From positions 1,070-65,069 of the forward strand of contig CAZIHL010000001.1 of assembly GCA_964538815.1 (NCBI GenBank): a stretch of DNA of 64,000 nucleotides, in the 5' to 3' direction. Position 1 is the first letter of the stretch, and each line of letters starts with the position of its first letter. The DNA is from an uncultured Candidatus Saccharibacteria bacterium (GTDB lineage: Bacteria > Patescibacteriota > Minisyncoccia > Phycocordibacterales > UBA5272). The position numbers and the translations under genes were made by a program. Shown piece by piece: positions 56,899-64,000 of the stretch. The notes beneath the pieces are model-generated. The model had not been told where the DNA came from. It was given only the letters and a program-made list of their open reading frames with translations, and did not search any database.

Positions 56899-58938
56899 AT
56901 GATTAAAACTCAAAACAAATTTAAAATAGTTTCGGATATGAAGCCAGCTGGTGATCAGCCAAAGGCTATTTCCGAGATTGTAGATGGTCTAGAAAAATCT
57001 AAACATTCAAAGATAACTCTTCTTGGTGCCACAGGGACAGGAAAGACTTTTACTGTGGCAAATGTAATTGAGAAAATTCAAAAACCAACACTTGTGATAG
57101 CTCACAATAAAACTCTTGCCGCTCAGCTTGCGCAAGAATTTAAAACTTTCTTTCCAAATAATGCTGTGCATTATTTTGTATCATATTATGATTATTATCA
57201 GCCGGAGGCTTATTTACCACACACAGATACATATATAGAAAAAGATGCACAAATAAATGAGGAAATTGACAGACTTCGCCATGCTTCCACTCAATCTCTT
57301 TTAACTCGTAATGATGTGATTATTGTTGCATCTGTTTCTTGTATTTATGGTTTAGGATCTCCAGTTGAATATGAAAAGGTAAATAAAAGATTGTATGTCG
57401 GGCAGAAAATTTCAAAAGTAGATTTAATGAAAATGTTTGTGGAGATTCATTATGAAAGAACAAATGCTGACTTATCATCAGGGTCATTTAGAACACTTGG
57501 TAATAGAATAGATATTATGCCTATGAGTGAGACTATTATGCTTCAAATTGAAATTCAAAATGGAGTTATTGATAGACTTACTTTGACTGATCCAGTATCA
57601 ATGAGAGAGTTAGAGACTTTGCAAGATTATTTTATTTTTCCAGCAAAACATTTTATATCTGATAAATTTGCTCAAGAAAAAGCTATTAAATCTATACAAG
57701 TAGAACTTAAAAAGAGGATAAAAGAGTTTGAAAAGGATACAAAAGAAGGAAATAATAAACTTCTCGAGATTGAAAGATTAAAAAGAAGAACTCAATATGA
57801 TTTGGCAAGTATAAAAGAATTTGGATATTGTTCTGGTATTGAAAATTATAGTAGACATTTCTCAGGGAAAAGTGAAGGAGAAGCACCAGATACTTTAATT
57901 GATTATTTCTCAATTGGAGGACGTGATTTTTTGACTATAATAGATGAATCTCATGTGACTCTGCCACAGCTTCGTGCTATGTATAATGGCGATCAAGCAA
58001 GAAAACAAACTCTTGTAGATTTTGGTTTCCGTCTTCCAAGTGCAAAAGATAATCGTCCACTTAAATATGATGAATTTAAAGAAAAGATTGATGATGTAGT
58101 GTATGTTTCAGCAACTCCAGCTCAGTATGAAAGAGAAAATTCTGAAAAAATAGTACAGCAAATCATTCGTCCTACAGGTCTAATTGATCCAAAGCTTGAA
58201 ATAAAGCCAGTTATGGAAAAGGGAAAGTATAAAGGACAAGTTCAAGATTTCATAGAAGAAGCTGTAAAAGAAATTAAAAAAGGACGTCGTGTACTTGCTA
58301 CTACTCTTACAAAAAAGATGGCAGAAAATTTAGCAGAATATTTAAGAGAAAGAAAAATTCGTGCAGAATATCTTCATAGTGATGTAGAGACGCTTGCTAG
58401 AATTGAAATTCTTACAAGACTACGAAAAGGAGAATTTGATTGTCTTGTAGGAGTGAATCTTTTGAGAGAAGGGTTAGATTTACCAGAAGTATCACTTATT
58501 GGTATTTTAGATGCAGACAAAGAAGGATTTCTACGTAGCGAGACTTCGCTTATTCAGACTATTGGTCGTGCAGCTAGAAATGTTGATGGTAGAGTTTTGC
58601 TTTATGCTGATCAAATGACTGGCTCACTTGAAAGGGCAATAGGCGAAACAGAAAGAAGAAGAAAAATACAGCTTGCTTACAATGAAAAGCATGGCATCAC
58701 TCCGACAACTGTGATGAAAAATATTAAAGATATTACAGAAGACCTTAAAAAAGATCATGATAAATCAGTTGCTTTTGAGCTTGAAGTAGATAAAAAGCTC
58801 TTTGCAAAAAATCCAAACAAATTAATCAAATTAAAAGAAAAACAAATGTCTGAGGCTGTAAAAATGCTTGATTTTGAGACTGCAGCCATACTTCGCGATG
58901 AAATAAATCTGCTAAAAATCAATAGTGCAAAAAAATAA
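56899..58938 (+). CDS. uvrB: Excinuclease ABC subunit B
   Basis: PAGDQP, GATGTGKT, YFVSYYDYYQPEAY, DESH, C-terminal UVR domain. Confidence 0.98.
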   Translation: MIKTQNKFKIVSDMKPAGDQPKAISEIVDGLEKSKHSKITLLGATGTGKTFTVANVIEKIQKPTLVIAHNKTLAAQLAQEFKTFFPNNAVHYFVSYYDYYQPEAYLPHTDTYIEKDAQINEEIDRLRHASTQSLLTRNDVIIVASVSCIYGLGSPVEYEKVNKRLYVGQKISKVDLMKMFVEIHYERTNADLSSGSFRTLGNRIDIMPMSETIMLQIEIQNGVIDRLTLTDPVSMRELETLQDYFIFPAKHFISDKFAQEKAIKSIQVELKKRIKEFEKDTKEGNNKLLEIERLKRRTQYDLASIKEFGYCSGIENYSRHFSGKSEGEAPDTLIDYFSIGGRDFLTIIDESHVTLPQLRAMYNGDQARKQTLVDFGFRLPSAKDNRPLKYDEFKEKIDDVVYVSATPAQYERENSEKIVQQIIRPTGLIDPKLEIKPVMEKGKYKGQVQDFIEEAVKEIKKGRRVLATTLTKKMAENLAEYLRERKIRAEYLHSDVETLARIEILTRLRKGEFDCLVGVNLLREGLDLPEVSLIGILDADKEGFLRSETSLIQTIGRAARNVDGRVLLYADQMTGSLERAIGETERRRKIQLAYNEKHGITPTTVMKNIKDITEDLKKDHDKSVAFELEVDKKLFAKNPNKLIKLKEKQMSEAVKMLDFETAAILRDEINLLKINSAKK

Positions 58939-58986
58939 ATAGAATGTTAAAATTCTAATTATACAAAAATAAGGTATATAAAACAT

Positions 58987-59688
58987 ATGAAAAAGATAGA
59001 TTTTAAAAACAAAAAGACTACATGGTGGTTAATTGGATTATTAGTGATTGTTTTATTGGCTATATTCTTCTTTAAAGGTTTAGAAGGTAAATCTCTAAAT
59101 ATTTGGAAGTCTGATAATGACTCTACTATCGACATTGCAAATAGTGAAGATTATTCAAAATACGCAGGTGCTGTGAAGGCTTCATTTGAAGGAACTCATA
59201 CACTAGATTTTTCATTCCTACACAACAATGATTTTAAGGTTGTACAAGGAATAGGTGCTCAAGCAAAATGGTTTAAGCTTGCTGATGCGTCAAGCACAAA
59301 TCTTGTGACACTTTACTTTACATATGAAGGAGGTAGAGGATACTCTGCAGAAGATTATGTAAATAAAGTTCTAAAGACAAATAATTCTATTAAGGTTGAA
59401 GATGTAAAATTTGCTGATGGAGATAATGCAACAGTAAAATATATTGTTGATGAAGCAAATAATGTTGAATACTATGTAGAAGCTGTTAAGGGTGCTGATG
59501 GAGATGGGTGGCTTGCTATCGTAGAAAACAAAGCAGCTGATAACAATACTCTAAAAGCAGCAGCAAAAGATTTAATGAGAAGTTTAGAAATTGCTTCAGC
59601 TAAAGAAGAAGTAATAACTGAAACTCCAGCTAATGATGAAACTGCAACTAATACTGATACAGAAACTCCAGTAGTTGAAGAGAAGTAA
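58987..59688 (+). CDS. Hypothetical membrane-anchored extracytoplasmic protein
   Basis: N-terminal TM and acidic T/E/P-rich tail; terminator at 59709-59734. Confidence 0.75.
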   Translation: MKKIDFKNKKTTWWLIGLLVIVLLAIFFFKGLEGKSLNIWKSDNDSTIDIANSEDYSKYAGAVKASFEGTHTLDFSFLHNNDFKVVQGIGAQAKWFKLADASSTNLVTLYFTYEGGRGYSAEDYVNKVLKTNNSIKVEDVKFADGDNATVKYIVDEANNVEYYVEAVKGADGDGWLAIVENKAADNNTLKAAAKDLMRSLEIASAKEEVITETPANDETATNTDTETPVVEEK

Positions 59689-59791
59689 TAGTTTCAAAAA
59701 CAAAAATAAAAAACCTCGGGTTGCCGAGGTTTTTGTTTTAATTTTTTGTTAAAGAGTTTTAAAAATTTGACATAAATGTTATTATAAGAAG

Positions 59792-62449
59792 ATGTCAAAA
59801 AAAGAAACTCCAAAAAATAAAAAAGGAGGGCAAATTGAAAAAATTATTGTCCGTGGCGCCCGAACTCACAATTTGAAAAATATTACAGTAGAAATGCCTC
59901 GTCACAAGATGATTGTTTTTACCGGTCTTTCTGGTAGTGGAAAATCTTCACTTGCTTTTGATACTATCTTTGCAGAAGGGCAAAGAAGATATGTAGAGTC
60001 ATTGTCAGCTTATGCAAGACAATTTTTAAATCAAATGCAAAAGCCTGATGTGGATGAGATAGTTGGTCTATCTCCCGCTATTTCTATTGATCAAAAGTCA
60101 GCAGGACGAAACCCTCGTTCAACAGTGGCGACAATTACAGAAATCTATGACTATCTTCGTGTTCTGTATGCGAGAGTCGGTAAACCATATTGTATTGAAT
60201 GTGGACATAAAATCGAGAAGCTTTCAAACGAAGAAATTATAAATTTTATTTTAGAGAAAATTAAAAGAATTGATTATAGAAAATTTGAGAAGGAAGTTAA
60301 AAGTATTCAAGGAGTAAAATTTTCTGATCTTGGAGTCAGAATCTTAGCTCCAATGGTGCGTGGACGAAAAGGTGAGTATTATCAAATGCTCTATGACATG
60401 CTAGGAAAAGGTTATAAAGAAGTAGTGATTGATGGAGAAACTAAAAACTTAAGAGACAGAATAGAATTATCTAAAACAAAGAAACATGATATTTCTTTTG
60501 TAGTGGATTTTATTTTAATAGATGAGCTGAAGCTACTCGCAAGTAAAAAGGATGCAATGGTGCGTCTTTCAGAGTCTATAGAGAGAGCGCTCCATGAAGC
60601 AGAAGGTTTAGTTGAGATTGAAATGATAGATGAAAAGGGTGAGAAGGATAAATTTATTATGAGTAATAAATTTGCTTGCGCAAATTGTGGATTTTCATTT
60701 CCGGAAATTGAGCCAAGACTTTTCTCTTTCAATTCTCCTTATGGAGCGTGTCCAACTTGTAATGGTCTTGGGACAAAAGAATTTGGTGGGCTTGATGAGT
60801 GTCCAGATTGTCACGGTAAAAGACTTCGCAGAGAAGCTTTGAATGTATTTTTGGGAGATAAAAAAGAAGATAGAATAAATATTGTGGATATTACAAATCT
60901 GACAATAGAAGAAGCTAAAAAATATTTTGAAAAATTACAAAATATTTTTACAAAAAAGGAAATCGAAATCACAAATGTAGTTTTGAAAGAAATAGAATCA
61001 AGACTTGTTTTCATGCTGGATGTTGGACTTAATTATTTAAATCTGAATCGTAAAGCAGACACTCTTTCTGGTGGTGAAGCTCAGAGAATCCGTCTTGCTA
61101 GTCAGCTTGGTAGTAAGCTTGTAGGAGCATTATATGTGCTTGATGAGCCAACAATAGGACTTCATCAAAGAGATAATGATAGACTTATTAAAACTCTTAC
61201 AAGTTTGCGCGATATGGGGAATACTATTATTATAGTAGAGCATGATGAAGACACTATTTTTGCAAGTGATTATATTGTCGATATTGGTCCAAAGGCAGGA
61301 GTTCATGGTGGAAAGGTGATAGTTGCAGGATACCTGGAAGAGCTTTTAACCGCAAAAACAAATCCTTCAAAATCTTTAACTCTCTCATATTTGCGTGGTG
61401 AAACTGAAATACCAGTTCCTAAAAAAAGAAGAGAAGGAAACGGAGCAGAGATAAAAATTACAGGAGGAAAAGTTTTTAATATTAAAAATCTAAATGTGAA
61501 AGTTCCACTTGGAAAGTTTAATGTAATAACAGGAGTTTCAGGAAGTGGAAAAAGTAGTTTTATGTATGAGATTTTATACAAAAATCTTCTTGGTAGACTT
61601 GAAAGAAAATATAGAACTGCGAAAATATATAATTGTGATGAAATCACTGGTACAGAATATGTTTCAAGAGTTGTGATGATTGATCAGTCGCCAATAGGTA
61701 GGACTCCAAGAAGCAATCCAGCAACGTATACAGGAGCATGGACACCAATACGTGAACTTTTTGCAAATACAGAAGAAGCAAGAATTCGTGGATGGTCTCA
61801 TTCGAGATTTTCTTTTAATAGAAAAGGTGGTAGATGTGAAGCTTGTGAAGGAAATGGAGAAATAGCAGTAGAGATGCACTTTTTACCAACTGTGTATGTT
61901 ACTTGCGATGTTTGTAATGGAAAGAGATTTATGAAGGAAACTCTTGAAGTAAAATATAAAGGAAAAAGTATCTACGATATTTTAACTATGACTGTGGAGG
62001 AAGCTTTAAAATTTTTTGAAGCAATACCATCTATTTATGATAGAGTAAAATCATTAAATGACGTAGGACTTGGATATCTTGAGCTTGGACAAAGCGCCAC
62101 AACTCTCTCAGGAGGAGAAGCGCAAAGAGTAAAAATTTCTAGTGAGCTTTATAGAAGACATACTGAAAAAACAATTTATCTTTTAGATGAGCCTTCAATT
62201 GGTTTACATTATGAAGATGTAAAAAAACTTTTAGAAATTCTAAACAGACTTGTAGAACATGGAAATACTGTAGTACTTATTGAGCACAACTTAGATATTG
62301 TAAAAAGTGCTGATCATATTATAGATATTGGTCCAGAAGGGGGAGTGGGAGGAGGAAAACTTATGGCACAGGGTACTCCAGAATATGTAGCAGGAGTAAA
62401 AGAGTCTTTTACAGGACAATATCTTAAAAAAGTGTTAAAAAAGATATAA
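59792..62449 (+). CDS. uvrA: Excinuclease ABC subunit A
   Basis: Two GxSGSGKS Walker A motifs, two LSGGEAQR signatures, zinc fingers. Confidence 0.98.
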   Translation: MSKKETPKNKKGGQIEKIIVRGARTHNLKNITVEMPRHKMIVFTGLSGSGKSSLAFDTIFAEGQRRYVESLSAYARQFLNQMQKPDVDEIVGLSPAISIDQKSAGRNPRSTVATITEIYDYLRVLYARVGKPYCIECGHKIEKLSNEEIINFILEKIKRIDYRKFEKEVKSIQGVKFSDLGVRILAPMVRGRKGEYYQMLYDMLGKGYKEVVIDGETKNLRDRIELSKTKKHDISFVVDFILIDELKLLASKKDAMVRLSESIERALHEAEGLVEIEMIDEKGEKDKFIMSNKFACANCGFSFPEIEPRLFSFNSPYGACPTCNGLGTKEFGGLDECPDCHGKRLRREALNVFLGDKKEDRINIVDITNLTIEEAKKYFEKLQNIFTKKEIEITNVVLKEIESRLVFMLDVGLNYLNLNRKADTLSGGEAQRIRLASQLGSKLVGALYVLDEPTIGLHQRDNDRLIKTLTSLRDMGNTIIIVEHDEDTIFASDYIVDIGPKAGVHGGKVIVAGYLEELLTAKTNPSKSLTLSYLRGETEIPVPKKRREGNGAEIKITGGKVFNIKNLNVKVPLGKFNVITGVSGSGKSSFMYEILYKNLLGRLERKYRTAKIYNCDEITGTEYVSRVVMIDQSPIGRTPRSNPATYTGAWTPIRELFANTEEARIRGWSHSRFSFNRKGGRCEACEGNGEIAVEMHFLPTVYVTCDVCNGKRFMKETLEVKYKGKSIYDILTMTVEEALKFFEAIPSIYDRVKSLNDVGLGYLELGQSATTLSGGEAQRVKISSELYRRHTEKTIYLLDEPSIGLHYEDVKKLLEILNRLVEHGNTVVLIEHNLDIVKSADHIIDIGPEGGVGGGKLMAQGTPEYVAGVKESFTGQYLKKVLKKI

Positions 62450-62534
62450 ATGAAAAATTTAAATTTTGACAAAATTAACATTTAATGTTATATTTTTAAC
62501 GGCATTTTATTTTTTAATTTAAATTTTTTTAAAA

Positions 62535-62984
62535 ATGGCTAATAAAAAAACAGAAGAACTGGCAATAATTAAATTAAATTCAAAGGAGATATTTAGTACT
62601 TTTCCAGAGTTTAATAAAAATATAGTTTTATCACTTTTTGATGAGGTTAAAAAATCAAGAAGAAAAGACATTATTTTAACAAATTATTTAGAATTAGTTA
62701 AAGTAAAAGTTAATTCAAAAGGTGGTTTATTATGGGAGTATATCCCAATATATGAAAAACTTTTTAATAGTCTTTATGATAAAGACATAAAGAAAAAGTA
62801 TGTAAAAATTTTAATCAAAACTTACTCTTTAAGATATTCTCATAGAGAAGGTTTTTATAAAGTAAAATTAAATTCTTTAAAAGAATTTTTAGCAGAATTT
62901 AAAGAATTTTTACCTAAAAAATTTTTAAAATCTTTGGAGAAAGAAAGATTAATAAATTTAATAAAAAGAAAGTTATTTGGTTAA
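62535..62984 (+). CDS. Hypothetical Lys-rich protein
   Basis: 149-aa ORF with its own TTGACA-17-TATATT promoter (62466-62494). Confidence 0.55.
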   Translation: MANKKTEELAIIKLNSKEIFSTFPEFNKNIVLSLFDEVKKSRRKDIILTNYLELVKVKVNSKGGLLWEYIPIYEKLFNSLYDKDIKKKYVKILIKTYSLRYSHREGFYKVKLNSLKEFLAEFKEFLPKKFLKSLEKERLINLIKRKLFG

Positions 62985-63082
62985 TATTTTAGCCAAAATA
63001 TTTTTAGCGCTTTTTAGCGCTTTTTTATTTATTTTTTGTTTTTTAATTTATTTTATGTTATAATTTTTTTGTTTTAAAATAT

Positions 63083-63166
63083 GCGTCGGTGGTAGAGTGG
63101 TCAATTACAACAGACTGTAAATCTGTCGCCCTTCGGGCTACGTTGGTTCAAATCCAACCCGGCGCA
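63083..63166 (+). tRNA. tRNA-Tyr (GTA)
   Basis: Anticodon arm ACAGA-CTGTAAA-TCTGT, long variable arm GCCCTTCGGGC, GTTGGTTCAAATCCAAC T-arm. Confidence 0.95.
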
Positions 63167-63170
63167 CAAT

Positions 63171-63560
63171 ATGGCGAGTATTTTTACCAAAATCATAAAT
63201 AGAGAAATTCCGGGAGATATCTTTTATGAAGATGATAAATATATTGCATTTCTTGATATAAATCCTGTGCGAGATGGACACATGCTTGTTGTTCCTAAAA
63301 AAGAGATTGATTATATTTTTGATTTAGATGATGAAGAATATTTAGAACTCATGTCTATATCAAAAAAAATTGGTGTATTACTTGAAAATAAATTAAAAGA
63401 AAAACTTGATGTAATGAGAGTTGCTATAGTAGTAGAAGGGCTTCAAGTGCCTCATGTACATGTGCATCTTATACCGCTTTACACTGGAGATGAAGGATTA
63501 GCAATTGGTAGAAAGATAAAAATGTCTTTAGATGAAATTAAAAATATAATTTTTACATAG
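63171..63560 (+). CDS. HIT-family nucleotide hydrolase
   Basis: SIFTKII, FLDINP..GH, HVHVH triad. Confidence 0.95.
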   Translation: MASIFTKIINREIPGDIFYEDDKYIAFLDINPVRDGHMLVVPKKEIDYIFDLDDEEYLELMSISKKIGVLLENKLKEKLDVMRVAIVVEGLQVPHVHVHLIPLYTGDEGLAIGRKIKMSLDEIKNIIFT

Positions 63561-63568
63561 TTTGACTT

Positions 63569-64000
63569 ATGAATAAAAATACAATTTTACTTTTTTATAA
63601 ATATACAAAAATAGAAGATCCAAAAGCTTTGATGGAGAGAGAGAAAGCTGTGTGTAATGTGCTTGGATTGAAAGGGAGAATTTTAATAGCAGAAGAAGGT
63701 ATAAATGGGACAGTAGAAGGCACAAATGAAAATACAGAAAAATATATAAAACATATATTGTCTGATAAAAAATTTAGAGGCATGAATATTAAAAAAAGTG
63801 TTGGGACAGAAAACTTATCTGCTTTTCCAAAGCTTACAGTAAAAGTAAAAGAAGAAATAGTCTCTACAAAATTACCAAAAGAAATAAATCCTAACAGGGA
63901 GACAGGAAAACACCTTGATCCAGCAGAACTCAAAAAATGGTACGAAAATAATGAAGACTTTGTTATTGTAGATATGAGAAATGATTATGAGATTGATAGT
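63569..64000 (+). CDS. trhO: Rhodanese-related tRNA hydroxylase TrhO/YceA family (partial, runs off window end)
   Basis: MNKNTILLFYKY...LKGRILIAEEGINGT...FPKLTVKVKEEIV...VDMRNDYE read directly from the + strand; not in ORF track. Confidence 0.85.
   Translation, partial: MNKNTILLFYKYTKIEDPKALMEREKAVCNVLGLKGRILIAEEGINGTVEGTNENTEKYIKHILSDKKFRGMNIKKSVGTENLSAFPKLTVKVKEEIVSTKLPKEINPNRETGKHLDPAELKKWYENNEDFVIVDMRNDYEIDS

Noticed and set aside
63001-63028. Tandem repeat TTTTTAGCGC x2
   Set aside because: Explained as a terminator: the self-complementary AGCGCT units pair around TTTT and a T run follows.
1438-63933. Numerous antisense or alternate-frame ORFs in the track (e.g. 1438-1875, 11374-11790, 12085-12687, 29719-30162, 38474-38902, 54295-54744, 63595-63933)
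   Set aside because: They lie within well-supported genes and have the Ser/Phe/Ile-rich composition of shadow frames, with no motifs.
1-64000. Genetic code 25 (TGA=Gly) suggested by very low GC
   Set aside because: Conserved proteins are full length with TGA as stop, and Gly is encoded by GGN.

Overview
Very AT-rich, gene-dense bacterial chromosome segment read with the standard code. The gene set and style fit a reduced-genome Patescibacteria/CPR (Parcubacteria-like) organism, which is an inference: two mreB paralogs, short ProRS and ValRS, degenerate PriA and HolB, SD-less and often leaderless genes. Most of the window is housekeeping: typA, lepA, valS, fmt/def, priA, frr, rseP, proS, mreB-mreC-mrdA, greA, lysS, mraZ-rsmH-ftsL-ftsI, ychF, rpmE, prfA, a two-component pair, gap/rpiB/rpe/tkt, tgt, uvrB/uvrA, trhO and three tRNAs (Phe, Arg, Tyr). 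I saw no CRISPR array, integrase, transposase or rRNA. The strongest leads are: (1) an unannotated 33-aa histone-H1-like Lys/Ala/Val repeat peptide gene with its own promoter, structured leader and terminator, lying between a SET-domain lysine methyltransferase and the ribosome hibernation factor; (2) a roughly 100-nt structured RNA candidate with its own promoter and terminator after typA; (3) a 2031-aa multi-repeat surface protein coupled to a PrsW-type intramembrane protease. Smaller observations include a 56-aa protein in the mreD slot, two internally deleted gene remnants (AlkD-like, Bcp-like), a long hairpin inside the two-component operon, two distinct promoter architectures, and no TGA stop codons. 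All family assignments come from motif recognition by eye, without database searches.
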